DNA of 64,000 nucleotides from Podospora anserina (lineage: Eukaryota): the NCBI GenBank assembly GCA_017654855.1, contig CM030336.1, forward strand, positions 2,046,001 to 2,110,000, written 5' to 3'. The position numbers and the translations under genes were made by a program. Positions 12,012 to 24,132 of the stretch are shown here, in pieces (positions within the stretch are counted from its first letter, which is position 1; each line of letters starts with the position of its first letter). Below the pieces are notes generated by a model. The model was not told where the DNA came from. It saw only the letters and a list, made by a program, of their open reading frames with translations, and ran no database searches.

Positions 12012-13867
12012 ATGGAATCTCCCACGAGTCCCATGCTCATCGACGACGGTCGCGATGTCGACTCTCTCAGCATCGACACGCGCCTGCCCAGGGCTGAAAG
12101 GGCACAATCAATCATTCACCAAGCCGAGGACGAGGAGGAAGACGAGAACAAGGCAACGGTTGAGCTGGCTTCCATCATGACAACCACCTCGAACCCGGTA
12201 TCACCCGGCCCATCAAGCCCGCCGCTGAATCAGGTACGAATGCAAGACTTCATCCCTCCAACACGCCCAAGTAGCACGCCGTTCCCACAACCCGAGCCAC
12301 GAAGTACAGATTTGCGCTGCCTGAGGTGCCCTTCAGAAGCCTCGATGGATCCCGACGAACCCGGCGTTTCTGACATCCCATCGGTGCAAACCGACAACGA
12401 GAACGCCGGGCTCAACCTCTCAGATCTTCCTGCCGAGATCCACGAATGCATCTTGGATCATCTATTTGGCTACCGGGTATCTACATCATCCAAGAGCTCA
12501 ATCACGCGGTGGGGGACTGCTTTGCGGCATCCAAGAAGGAAGGAGCTTTCTGAGCTATCACGAGTGAGCCGGACTTGGAGGATGTTGATCCAAGACAGGC
12601 TCTATCGGCATATCAAGCTCAAGGCGACCATCGATTCTTTGAGAGGATCGTTCGAGTACTTTGCTGCTCATCCACATTTACGATCATATATCAAACATGT
12701 GGAGATCTGGTTTCCGGTATTCCGGCCAAAATATGGACCTCTGGCTCTGGGGACGGCAAACACCCTTCCCACAGTTACGCCGGATGGCTTGACAACGGCG
12801 TCTTATGTCTTACCCATGGATAACTGCTCTCTGGAAGAAGCCTTTTATTTCGTCGCCAACACCTTCCCAGATGTGTGCATCATGACGCTCGAAGGTGGTG
12901 AACGGCGCAAAGCACCGAAAGTGAGGCATTGGATCGGGGAGGATCAGTCTTGCCCACGCACGATGCCCAGGGTGAACTCGGTCCACACCCTTATTTGCAA
13001 GGGACAATGGAACTTGATCCGGGGGCAGGACGACTTTGAGACCATCACGTCCGCCCTGCCTAATCTGAAGGAGTGGCAGGGCTCCTTCAGCAAACCGAAA
13101 TCCAAGAGCTACCTCACCATGGCCGACATCTTCTCCAAGCCCATGAAATTAGAAAAGCTGGTTCTCTGTCTGGAGGGTGACTATCGACGAGAAATGTCTT
13201 TCCCATCGTACTTTCTCAAGGTGTCGAGCAAGGTGCACTTTTGCTCCAAGCTGGCCGACGCGGCCGCTTCTCCCTACCTGGAGCAAATATCGTACACGGG
13301 GAGAGTTTGCCAGCAGTTCTTCAACGATCTTGTCCTCAAGTGTCACGACACGAGGCTATCACGCCTAAAGCGGATCGACCTAACTGTCAAGAACTGCTGT
13401 CGGAAGGTGGCCCACTGGAACGAATCGGGGTCGGGAATCACAGACATGAACTTCATCAAGGCATTTGAGCAGCTGGTGCTTGCTGGTATTCGAGCACTGG
13501 GGAAGTTACAGTCGATTGAGTACCTCCGGATTCGCTACGTGGACCTAGGTAAGGGCAATTCTGTACTCGATCTTGTATGCTCCTCTCAGCTAATGTTTTG
13601 TTGCCAGATTCCCCTGTCCCACCTTTGAATCCTTACTTTTTGCTCGACAAAGGGTGGTGTTCGGGCGTGTGGAGCGATGAGATCGTCGCCGAGCTCAATA
13701 TCTCAAGGCCATCGGTTCAGTTTGAGGAACTGTCCGAGTCGTTTGGAGAGGTGGGGTACAACAAGGACGGCCGGATGACCATCAGTCCGGATTTCCCTCG
13801 CTCCAAGAGTCTGTCTTTGAAGCTGGAAAACTACGCGATGCTGAGTGTTGGGATCGCGATGCCGTAG
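12012..13867 (+). CDS. F-box-like domain protein; exons 12012-13548, 13608-13867
   Basis: LSDLPAEIHECILDHL F-box-like motif; intron GTAAGG...GCTAAT...CAG joins to DSPVPPLNPYF in frame. Confidence 0.8.
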
Positions 13868-16161
13868 GAGTAACTCGGGGGAGGATGCGGGTCCCAAGGG
13901 ATGGTCGAGGTGCTGATTGGTGGTCAAGAGGCCTCGTGAGGTCTTGAAACATGAACGTGGACGTGTTTGTCGAGATCGGACCGGTCTCTTGCATTTCTCG
14001 AGGCCTATTTATTGTCCTTGAACACCTATAGACCATTGCTCGACATCTAAGCAGTATCTCGCAGGGCCTCTTTGATGTTTGCTAAGGCCTGAGCACTATC
14101 TTTGCAGGTCTGTCTCTGTTGTAAGTAGGAGTAGCCTAGCACTCACCTTCTATGGTTACCGGTGTGGCGGCAGCGTTTTTGTTTTTTTCTCTTATCATTT
14201 TGTGGGTCCTGGTGTACAACATTGGGAAATGCTCAAGCATAGAAGGGAGGTTTTACCGCTGGAAATTGTTAGGGGGGGCATTATAATGGTGTTTTCATTT
14301 TTGTTTCTTTTGTTTTGCTTTGTCCTCTTTTACGTCGATGTTCCGAGGAGGGACAGGGTCATTACCATCATTCTTCCCTATCATCGTTACATGAAGGATT
14401 TTGCCCGTTGCTCATCAAAACACTAAGGGAGGATGGAATGGGTTTTCTGGCTTTGTTTTGTTTGTATTCCCAGGCTTGGACTCCTGCCTGTGGGGAGTGG
14501 GGGTCAAGGGGTGCTGGCTGGTTGGCTGGCTTGGTTTTTTTTATTGAGAAGGAACTCTGGGGCTGAAGGATTACCTATGGTATGGATGGTGAGCTTGGAC
14601 ACAGAAAGCGTTGTCTAATTATGTTGTGGTGGTGGCGGCGGTGGTTGGTGTCGTAGGTCATTCGCGTTCGCTGGGCAGAGGGGGGTGAGGGAAGGGATGA
14701 AAGGGGGAACTTGGAACTTGCGTTAGTACCGACTTGTGGGCTGTTTGGGAAAATGTTTGCCAGTGAAGCGGGGATGAGCGAAATAGAGAGCTGATATGTC
14801 TGATACCATGAAGTTTATGTTGGTGGTCTTTTCAGGGTAGAATGCCGTGGGTGTCGTGTGTCGGAAATGGAGAAATGGAGGCTGTGATATTAAGGGGTAA
14901 GAAAGTAGTAGGCATGCCTCTTGTCTGTATTGCACACACCTCTAAGCCCGTTCGAGACGCTTCTGGACTATGTTAGATGCATCGTGAGGATCAATGAAGA
15001 CGGACATGTCAACCATTCCTTGCGACCTAGGTATCAACCTCCTACTTCAAAAGGCTTTCTATCCCGACAAATGTGCTGACTTTTCTTGCTTCTTCGTTGC
15101 TAGCTTCTTTGTCAATAGCCTGCGAAATGAAATGGCTACAAGACCAACAACAAGATGCAATGAGTCTGCAGGAGAGGTTCTTATTTTGTTGCTCACTGGG
15201 CTCAGAATCCTATCCAGGACTCATAAATACAGAGCTATGCTCATTGATAAACGTCGAGTGGATATATCAGCTTTCGACTCCAGTACCTCGGTGTCTGCGT
15301 GGTTTGTTTTATGGTCTCAGGCTCATCTACAAGCAAAGAAGAGGGGACATTAGTTGGGGTATACCAAAGACTTTTCTCCCACTGGAAAGCTATGTTTCTT
15401 CCTAGGCTTGTACTCAAGCATTTTGGGATACTGGGGGCCATTCTTTTGAAGAGAAAAATGGTCTGGGCAAGCCCCACAGAGCTGAAGATATACAAGCAAG
15501 TTGAGGTTCTGAATGACAACCATGTCCGGTTCATTTACTCTTCTCTCTTCTCCCACACGACTGCCTAATATAGTACCAACCACCTTTTGAGTCTCAAACA
15601 CACAAGAGATCATTCCATTCACCAATACGACTCATTTAAACCTCAGTTTCTGTTCTTTGCCTCATAGAAATCCGGTCTCTGATTTGTATTTTATTCCAGA
15701 CAAAGCCCCCTCCCCGCAGTTATGTCAAGCCCCCGTGTTTATGCCTATGCCTGGGTATCTATGCGTTACATGACATCTTGCAACAGCAAACAAAAGGAAT
15801 AAGCTGGGTGGATGGGTGTTTCCTGCTCCCCATAATTTATGAATAGAAAAGAGGAAGAGTATAAAAGGGGGGTCAAATGTGTCCAAACGAAAAATATCAA
15901 CCCCGAAGCGCTCTCCAACGCGCGCTGCTCAACTCCTTACTGATATACTGTTCCCGGTACGATGCAAAAGAAAAAGAGAAAAACCAGCCCATGTCCCAAA
16001 CCCCGTTTCCCACAAGTATGATTATAAACAAGATGAAATAAAACAGTCGCCAGAGTGGTGATCAAGACGCAAAACCACACACGTATGTTTGTATATCGCC
16101 CCCATCTGGTTCTTTTTAACGCTTCGCTTCTAAAAACCCAAAAGAATCCCAGCCCGCCCTT

Positions 16162-18852
16162 TTACCTGCTGTCAGTAGGCAACTCGACCCCACTGTCCCT
16201 GTCCTGTGCATCTGGCCTCCACGTTTTTCGTCGTTCTTTCTCATCCTCAGTGTCACTGCTGTCAAGGCCGTCGTCTAATCGAGGATTTTCCCCATATAAA
16301 GAGTCCTCTTTGAGATCGTCATCATAGCGAGGGTTGTCGCCGTAGAGGGAGTCGTCTCTAAGATCATCATCCGAGCGAAGGATGTCCCCATAAAGAGAAT
16401 CATCTCGAAGATCGTCGTCTAAGCGGGAGTTGTCCCCATAAAGAGAGTCGTCTCTGAGATCATCGTCCAAGCGAGGGTCGTCTCCATAGAGGGAATCGTC
16501 CTTCAGGTCGTCGTTTTCGGTGTCGGTACCACCTAGATTGTCCAACCGAGGCTCTTCCCCATAAAGAGAGTCGTCTTTTAGTTCATCCTCGTAGTCTTCA
16601 ATATCGTTTTCCATGACGCTTCCATCCTCTTCCTGTTGCGGTTCTAGAGCCTCAATCTCCTCGGGAACAAGTACCCGACCGCCCAACTCAACGTCGCTGA
16701 CGGTAATCTTGTAGGCAAGAGCTCGTTTTCCTTCCTTGATCAGCTCCTCCGTCCACCCCAAACACCGCTTCAGACTTTGGTTCATTTTCTGACTGTCGAC
16801 GAGTAGTTGTTGATGCTTGGAGAGATCAATCTGAAGCCTCCGCTCGTCTCTCTTCTGGCGCGACTCATTGCGCTCCGTGTTGGCCCCGGAACTGCCCGAA
16901 TCCGAATGCTCCGAGCCAGACACGGAATCTTCCTCCTCCTCTTCTTCTTCCTCTTCGTCTTCCTCTTCCAGTTCCTCTATCGCAGCGTCCCCCGCCGCAA
17001 TCTCACCCTCTTCCTCGTTGAGATCATTCAGCTCCATTCCAGCTTTCGCCAACCCCCCACCTGCAGCTGTCGAGGCCGATGGGACGCGGCTACTCAACGA
17101 GGCCATGCTCATCCTCGACATCCGCTTATAACGCCGCAGCTCAGCAGTCTGCTTCCGCAATTGTCTTTCCAACGTCCTATTGATTGCCTCAAGACTGGCG
17201 TTTGTAATTTGCAAATCTTGCACTTTGCGCTCTCGGCGCGCGTTGGCGACCAAATCACTCAGCGGTTCCTTTTCCTGCGGGCTAGACTTCGCTGGGCTGT
17301 TCAGCGACTCTGACTTCCCTTCTTCTGATTCGGCAAAATCCTCGGCAGCCTGAAGAAGTGATGCAAACCCACTCATGCCTGGGCTTCCTGGAAGAATCGT
17401 GCTCGGTGGGGCAAATAGGGGAGATGTTGCCTCAGAGGCAGGGGTGGGGGGGATGGAGCCATGAGAAGACATAAGCCTGGCTATGGCAGGAGCATCGGCA
17501 ATGGTCAGGCTCTTTGGGCGAGCGTGGGCTCTTTCTGCACCGGTAGAATGGGGAGTTTGTTCCAGTCCAGACCTTCCTTGGCTGCCCACGCTGAGTCGAT
17601 GGTGTGAGCTCGCTATGGGGGATCGGGGAGACACAAGGGGCGTGTTGTGTCCGCTCTTGACCTTGGGTTGGACCCCAACAGGAGAAATTGGCCTGAGCGC
17701 ATTGCCCGTCCGGTTTGTTGGTATTCTAGAAGCTGTAGACACGACCGAGCTCGGTCCTCTCCTCATTGGTCCAAATTTGGGGGCAGGCTGTAATTCTGGT
17801 GCTCCGTTTGCGTAAAAGAACTTGCTCATGAGACTGTCATTGCTGGTGGCAGCAGGAGACACCAGTGGAGAGACAACACTTGATCGATCTGGAGCAGGGC
17901 TTCCGCTGGTATGGAAAAAAGTTGTGTTCCTCGCTTGTTGCGGTGCAACTACTGGTCTCGGATGTGCTTGCTGGGTCTGTCTCGGAACGTCTGCGGCATA
18001 AAAGAACTTTGAATCCGGGTCCTGACGATGGCCAGCGCCACTCACATCGGAGGCCGGACTGAATGTTACTACGGGTCGTCTCGAAGTCACATCGTCAACA
18101 ACGGATGGCGAGATAGCCAGCCCATTTCTACTGTCGAAAGAATCGTGTCGTTCAATATTGGGGGTGGCGTTCGGAGTGCTGTGGGCGCTTTCAACGCGGT
18201 TTTGTCTTGACCCAGATCTCGGTGTGACATTGGTGGTGTTTAAGAATGCGGCTACGGGGGAAGTGATGTCGAGTTTATCGCGCGGCCCCGAGCCATTGGC
18301 ACTCAAGATGGTATCAGGCCTTGGGCGTCGTGGCAGCGGTGTCGCAACGCTTGTCGGGTTCTGGTGTTGAGTAGAACTAGTAGAAGGAGCAAGACGCGTC
18401 GCTACTTTCGGAGTCACTGGCGGTTTGCCGCTGTTGTTTACTGCCCTTGCTGCGGTTGGGACTTGTGGCTGTCGAGTACCAGTGGGACCTGGTCGCTCGT
18501 AGGATGGCATCCTGGGAGTGGTCTGCCTCGCCGTCGTCGGCGTGGGCGCTTCGGGATCAAATCCTGCCCTCATGCCCCGTGCTGTCGACGTTGCATTTTG
18601 GTCCCTCCGTTTGAACGGATGGCGGGACAACGGCACGGCAGGGGACGAGGCGGAGGTGGTCGTCGGGGCGGCGGCTGGACAGGCGGCTGCGGTGGTGGTG
18701 ATGCGTGTTGTTCTGTGGCCCGAGGCGGACGTGGTGGTAGTCAGAATACCCGCCGAGGGCTTTTTCCTCAGCGTCGGCGGTTGTGTTGCCGTGGTAGTTG
18801 ATTCTCGCGGGTCGGCGGGTGGGTGCGAAGGAGGAATTGGGGGCGGAGGCAT
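16162..18852 (-). CDS. Hypothetical protein, 896 aa: Pro/Ser/Thr-rich N-terminus, coiled coil, acidic repetitive C-terminus
   Basis: Long intact ORF; coiled-coil-like segment ARRERKVQDLQITNASLEAINRTLERQLRKQ. Confidence 0.85.
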   Translation of the reverse strand: MPPPPIPPSHPPADPRESTTTATQPPTLRKKPSAGILTTTTSASGHRTTRITTTAAACPAAAPTTTSASSPAVPLSRHPFKRRDQNATSTARGMRAGFDPEAPTPTTARQTTPRMPSYERPGPTGTRQPQVPTAARAVNNSGKPPVTPKVATRLAPSTSSTQHQNPTSVATPLPRRPRPDTILSANGSGPRDKLDITSPVAAFLNTTNVTPRSGSRQNRVESAHSTPNATPNIERHDSFDSRNGLAISPSVVDDVTSRRPVVTFSPASDVSGAGHRQDPDSKFFYAADVPRQTQQAHPRPVVAPQQARNTTFFHTSGSPAPDRSSVVSPLVSPAATSNDSLMSKFFYANGAPELQPAPKFGPMRRGPSSVVSTASRIPTNRTGNALRPISPVGVQPKVKSGHNTPLVSPRSPIASSHHRLSVGSQGRSGLEQTPHSTGAERAHARPKSLTIADAPAIARLMSSHGSIPPTPASEATSPLFAPPSTILPGSPGMSGFASLLQAAEDFAESEEGKSESLNSPAKSSPQEKEPLSDLVANARRERKVQDLQITNASLEAINRTLERQLRKQTAELRRYKRMSRMSMASLSSRVPSASTAAGGGLAKAGMELNDLNEEEGEIAAGDAAIEELEEEDEEEEEEEEEDSVSGSEHSDSGSSGANTERNESRQKRDERRLQIDLSKHQQLLVDSQKMNQSLKRCLGWTEELIKEGKRALAYKITVSDVELGGRVLVPEEIEALEPQQEEDGSVMENDIEDYEDELKDDSLYGEEPRLDNLGGTDTENDDLKDDSLYGDDPRLDDDLRDDSLYGDNSRLDDDLRDDSLYGDILRSDDDLRDDSLYGDNPRYDDDLKEDSLYGENPRLDDGLDSSDTEDEKERRKTWRPDAQDRDSGVELPTDSR
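16270..16590 (-). repeat. Coding 48-bp tandem repeat (16 aa, LDDDLRDDSLYGDxxR), five copies plus one offset copy
   Basis: CCRTA anchor at 16292, 16340, 16388, 16436 and 16484 (48-bp period) and at 16559. Confidence 0.9.
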
Positions 18853-19790
18853 CGCGTTCGATTCGCTATGGCGGATTTCTAAAGGTGCGTGGCCGGTCGC
18901 TGGTTGAACCCTGAGTCTGGCTTTGGGCCGCTCTGACTGGCTGACATTGCCGAGAAATACAATGGGATTAGCCGCTATTTCTCAGAACTCGGTGCGAAAG
19001 TCGATAAACCGCTCCCACGAAGGACCAATCTCGAGGAAATAAGCACAATAATCTTCAATTGAGCAGTGACAAAACAATACCAGGGGCCTGTGGGAAAAGG
19101 AGACGAAGCTATGGAGTTGTATCCGTAGTCTACCTATGCTGATGAGCCCAAGGCCCCAATCCATCCGGGACGCACCGGGGCCCCTCTCTCGTCCTCCACC
19201 CTCACCGCTTCACACCGCCCAAGCCAGCATGACCAGCACGGCCAGCCAGGTTCGTCCCATCAATTGCTTTGCGTGTGTGGTGAACATCTCGATGCATTGG
19301 GCTGCAACCTGCACCTGGAACCCCGCCAACTTGTGTCCGTCAGAGACTCAGGTTGGACAGGCCGGTGGCCGGACAGACAGCTGAGGCACCCGCTGCAGGG
19401 CTCCCCTGCTCCCGGACCCCACAAAACACATGTCTGCCGAGATGGAGGCAGGGCCGCTTCATTGAAATGCCTGCTCTCTGCCCTGCTGACATTTCCAAGC
19501 GCCTTCCAGAGCCCACGCTGATGAAACAATATTGAGATTCCCAAGACAAAAGGAAAAGAACTTGCATCGACCTCGACAACCCATCACCACCGATTCCCAC
19601 CTCGACGTTTGGCGCAAGGCGCAAACCACATCACCCTCCAGTTTTGAACCACAGCGCATCAAGCTCTAACGCACAGCCTAACGGATCTCCACTACAAAGC
19701 CCAAAAGAGGCGCTTGGGCCTTTCTCCGATCCTGTCCCATGCGACGATAGCATACGACCGTTACCAACGCTTCCCCGAGCCCGCCTAAGC

Positions 19791-20723
19791 ATGGCGTTAC
19801 TGGGAGTGACTCTGATAATTGCCTCTCTCATTCTACTCTGTATGCGGAGACCACAGTGGTTTCCCTCCCTGTTTGGAGGCGCTCTTCAGCCGGAGACCAA
19901 GGAAGAAAAGCACACCGACGACGGCCTGCAAAATCGACATGCCCCACCAGCGCTCGTGGTCCAACAACCACACGACGCCAACGACGACATCGACGACAAT
20001 GACGAGCAGTCAACCCCCAAGGCATCCGCCACAATAGGGGTTGACAACGCTCCCGTCCCAACTCTAAATCTCTCCGAGCCAGAGCCAGAACCGGCGCCAA
20101 AACCCCAGATCCGACCACCGGTGCCTCTGTTCTCAGCACCCTCACCAGCACAATCACCCAACAACCTAATGATGCCCCCTCCCTCCCGACCACCAACCCT
20201 CCGCCCCACCCCATCTTCCTCCCTCTCACCAGCGCCCTCCCGTCTCTCCCCCGCCCCAGCGCGAGGACCAGGCTGCTCAACCCTCGCCCCTCCCCCAACC
20301 CACTCCACCAAACCCTCCAAGCCCTCCAAAGCCGTCGTCCTCACCCCGGGGCACTCCCCTCTCGACTGGGCCCGCCTCTCCGGAAACCCCTCCGCCGACC
20401 TCCGCGGCCTCCCCCCCGGAACCCCCTACCTGCGTGTGACACCATCCATGCTGAAGAGACAAACCGGCAGAAAGGGGAAGGATGTCTGGACGGTGCTGAG
20501 CGGGAAGGTGTACAATCTCACCCCTTACCTACCATTCCACCCCGGAGGAGAGCCAGAGTTGCTCAGGTGCGCGGGAAGAGACGGAACGAGGTTGTTTGGG
20601 GAGATTCACCCGTGGGTGAACTACGAAGGCATGCTGAGTGCTTGTCTGGTGGGAATCTTTGTCACAGAGGAGGAGGCTGCTGCTGCCGCGGCGGGGGGTG
20701 GCGGGATGGAAGATATGGACTGA
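19791..20723 (+). CDS. Membrane-anchored cytochrome b5-like heme-binding protein (Irc21-like)
   Basis: N-terminal hydrophobic segment MALLGVTLIIASLILL; Pro-rich linker; LTPGHSPLDWARL, FHPGG and HPWVN b5-like motifs. Confidence 0.85.
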   Translation: MALLGVTLIIASLILLCMRRPQWFPSLFGGALQPETKEEKHTDDGLQNRHAPPALVVQQPHDANDDIDDNDEQSTPKASATIGVDNAPVPTLNLSEPEPEPAPKPQIRPPVPLFSAPSPAQSPNNLMMPPPSRPPTLRPTPSSSLSPAPSRLSPAPARGPGCSTLAPPPTHSTKPSKPSKAVVLTPGHSPLDWARLSGNPSADLRGLPPGTPYLRVTPSMLKRQTGRKGKDVWTVLSGKVYNLTPYLPFHPGGEPELLRCAGRDGTRLFGEIHPWVNYEGMLSACLVGIFVTEEEAAAAAAGGGGMEDMD

Positions 20724-21025
20724 TGTTGGATTGGGAAGACTCCCGCCGGACTTGTAAGATACGCTCGAGCAATGGGCTGGTTATGTGGTAAGACGTGGAA
20801 ACAATGCTTGGGAAGAAAGACATGCTTGGCATTTCAGAGGTCATAGAATATGATACCCAAATACACAAGAATTGGTTACTTGATGCTCATTACCAATATG
20901 TCACCTTGTTAAGTGACGAATGTGTAACATTGACTATTCGCTGGTCCAGGAACCTCGTAATTAATTTGATATGTAACCGCACTTGCCATAGCCCACTTCA
21001 AAGATGCAGAGAGGGAGTTGTCTCT

Positions 21026-23757
21026 TCACTTCCGCCTGCCAAACCGGAACTTCAACTCATCATCGCTGTCGTCGTCGCTTTCGTCTCTACTGGCAGCCAT
21101 GAACCCTCCCCGACGCGGCTTCTTCGCTTCCCTCGAGCTACTAGGTGAGGCATTCAGCGGTGGTGCTGCTCGCTTGTTGCTGCTCTGCGACTGCGTTTGC
21201 GTGCTCTGTGCCTGTGACTGGCCCTTCCGAGCATTGGCCCGCTCCGCTGCCTTGGCCGCCCTCGACCTTGCTGGCTCGGGTGTTGGCTCTGGTGCTGCTC
21301 GGTCCTCGTCCATAACATCCACATCATCTTCGTCCTCATCACTGCTGTCGATGGTGAGAATGTTCTCCCTGAGAGGGGCCTTGGCTTTCTCGGGGGTGGG
21401 ATTGCTGGTTTGCTGCTGCGTTTGAGATTGACGTTGGCTGGTGGCATCGTTCTTTTGGCGACTGTTGGAGTCGTTCTCGAGCCAATACTCGTCACCGATA
21501 CCATTGCTCTTTGGCCGAACCTCTTCTAGGGGAATTACTGTTCGTGATGCTTGCCGTCCAGTGGCTGCACCTTGCTTTCGGAACTGCTTGTAATTCCTAC
21601 GACCATTCCATTTGGGATCCCAACGACCGTCGGCAATGTCCTGCTCACGCGTACGACTGGTACCAGCTCCCCCTGTCCATGGCTCAGGGAAGCGAACCTC
21701 ACATTCCTGGACCGTTTCAAGTTGCAGCCTGCGAATTTCCGCATAATCAATCTCATCATCGCCCAACTCGGTCAGTGCTCGACGTTCCGCGGCTGCTCTG
21801 GCTTCGGCCTCTTCGCGCTGCTTGCGCGCCAGCTCCAAGATATCGTCACCGCCTGCTGTTTTCTTGCCTTTCCCTTTCGTACCTCGCCCCTTCTCACTTT
21901 TGTCTTGGGGAAATTCAATCACCATCTCGTCATTGTCCTCGTCCTTAACTGGAGGCTCCGGTTCCGGTGGTGGGGGCACAGGCGGCTCTCCTGCCTGAAT
22001 ACGCCTGCGTTTGGCTGCCGCGGCTGTGGGGGCAATGTTGGCTAGTAATGCCGATTCATCATGTTCTGGCAAGGGTGAGAGTGGGCGTTTGCGCGTAGCT
22101 CGAGGCGGAGGGCGCGACTCGGGTGCGGTCTCTTCCTCTGGACGATCAAGAGGGTCCTGGTACTGCGAAACAAACAGACCATCCTGTGACGCTTCGACTG
22201 CGGGCTGGCTTAGTTCGGGAAGGTTAGGTTGAACGGGGCCTATCTCTTGAGTCGGCTCGGGGTTGTCGTCCTCGATATCAAAGCCTTTGAATCTGCTTAC
22301 ACCTCTTCGAGTCCGCACTCTTCGAGGAGGCGGTTGTGGCGAGGGTTCTCTCTCCACCTCTCTTTGCTGGGGGGCTGTCGGCTCGGTCGATGGCTGATCT
22401 ATTTCCATGCGAACACCTGGTTCTGTGTGAGCTTCAGGACGTGACATTGCCGGTTCGGATTGACTAGCCTCTTCCAAGGGGCGTCGCAACATGGAAGCAT
22501 CGCAGTCCAGGATCGCCTCAATAAATTCGCGCTGGTCGATTGGTCGATGGTCGAGCCGCTGAGCAAATTCTGTGAGAAACTGCGCATACCATTCGTAGTT
22601 TTCATCTTTCGGGATGTATCGAACAACCACCACTCCCTTCCCCTCGCTGCCATCCTCAAAAGACCCAAGCCCCTTTTCACCAGCCACGCCTTTGACGAAA
22701 CGGACGAAATCATCCACGTCCGTTTGTCCTGGCGTCACTGCATTCAACACCGCTTTACCCCTCCCAGAAGTGATGGGAGAGAGGAGGTTTTCAAACTGTT
22801 TCTTCTCGTAAAAAACAAACGTGTACCCTTCAAACACCTCCTGTCGCCGTTCATCCGGAGCGTAGGCTGTGCTGGGTCGTTCTCCGGTCTCTTCACCTCG
22901 TGGCGGCAAGTGGTCGAGAGCATTGGGCCAATGGTGATCAAAGTCTTGTTCCAACGCGCTCGACGAGCCTTCCTCGGCATCGGCTGGTGTTGTTGCTGCA
23001 TTGATGATGGTGTTGATGAAGCTCTCGGTGACAATAAGTTTGCCATTAATGAGAGCTTGAAGCCCCTTCGACGTGTTGCGCTTCTTTGACACGACGTGGG
23101 TGGTGGTTTCTTCGTATTCAGCCGAGTATTTTATATCCAATTGTTCGAGATCATCGCGAAGCTTTGTCCACGGGTCTGCACGTAACTCCTTGCTAGTGAA
23201 GGAGAAGCTCAGCACAACGGGGTACCACTGAATGCTACATCACAGCGACACCGCGTGTCAGCCATCGCAATGACAGATATACAGCGAGGAAGGCTTACCG
23301 CAGAAGCTTCTGGCACATTCCTAGCTTGACTGTATTCACAGTCTCGGTGAGGACTTTCTTCTGGCCGCGTATCTGGACATCGTTTACGGTGGTTCCCTTT
23401 TTTGAATCGAGATCTTCAATGGTGATCTGGGATCTGGAGGTAATGTTGCGCTACTATCGTCAACGCCAGTCGCGCTTTAACAATACTGGGTGCTACATAC
23501 GCCGCCGCCTTCCGGGACAGGCTCAACCTTGATGGTGATGTGTTTACGCGAAATGGTCTTGTCAGAGATAACGAGCTGACCAGCCTCAGATACCGTGCGG
23601 CCGAAGAGGTAGAGCTTTCCAGGCCGCAGCCAGAGCTTCTTGCCTGGTTTGCGCGTTAGCTGCAGGTACGCTTGCAAAAAGCAGGATGCAGTGATTGAAG
23701 ATAGAAACGACGGTTTCGGGGCTTACCTTCGAAAAGATCGCTCTCCAGCAGCCACAT
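21026..23757 (-). CDS. NBS1: Nibrin/Nbs1 (MRN complex); exons 23757-23727, 23643-23501, 23450-23299, 23234-21026
   Basis: FHA motifs (YLFGR, ISRKH, DLDSKKGT), BRCT region (TTHVVSKKRNT), Mre11-binding RNYKQFRK and C-terminal Tel1/ATM-binding SDDELKFRF; three canonical introns. Confidence 0.92.
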
Positions 23758-23914
23758 GATTGTTGCTTGAGGAAAGGCAAGGCAGTAGAGAGTAGAATAG
23801 GTTCGGAAAAGATGGCACGAATCTGAGGGTGCTGCAGCTGGTGCGCGTGGGACCAAGGATTGCCGTCCTAGAAAAGTCCAGAAAGTTGAAGCTCGGAGCA
23901 TTGGAGAGGTACCG

Positions 23915-23931
23915 ACGCGTCATTTACGCGA
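23915..23931. promoter_or_regulatory. Paired MCB-like elements upstream of NBS1
   Basis: ACGCGT 23915-23920 and ACGCGA 23926-23931, about 160 bp upstream of the ATG. Confidence 0.55.
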
Positions 23932-24132
23932 CTCCACGTGACTATAATGCACTCTCCACATGGACCCGAGCACGGGCCACTACAATAGTTTGAAAATGAG
24001 AACCTTGAGGGCCAGATAGGGAGATCGGGCTATTTCAATGACCATCATGACTTGAACTACTTCCTAAGTAGGTATCTATACACAAAGCTACCAATATTTG
24101 CCAGTTTTTTCCAACAAAGGCCTTCTTCCCAT

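Noticed and set aside
16270-16590. Regular 48-bp repeats as a CRISPR-like array
   Set aside because: Eukaryotic DNA; repeats are contiguous, in-frame coding units with no unique spacers
19791-23757. Irc21-like gene next to NBS1 as a DNA-damage gene pair
   Set aside because: Convergent orientation, no shared promoter, and adjacency alone is weak evidence
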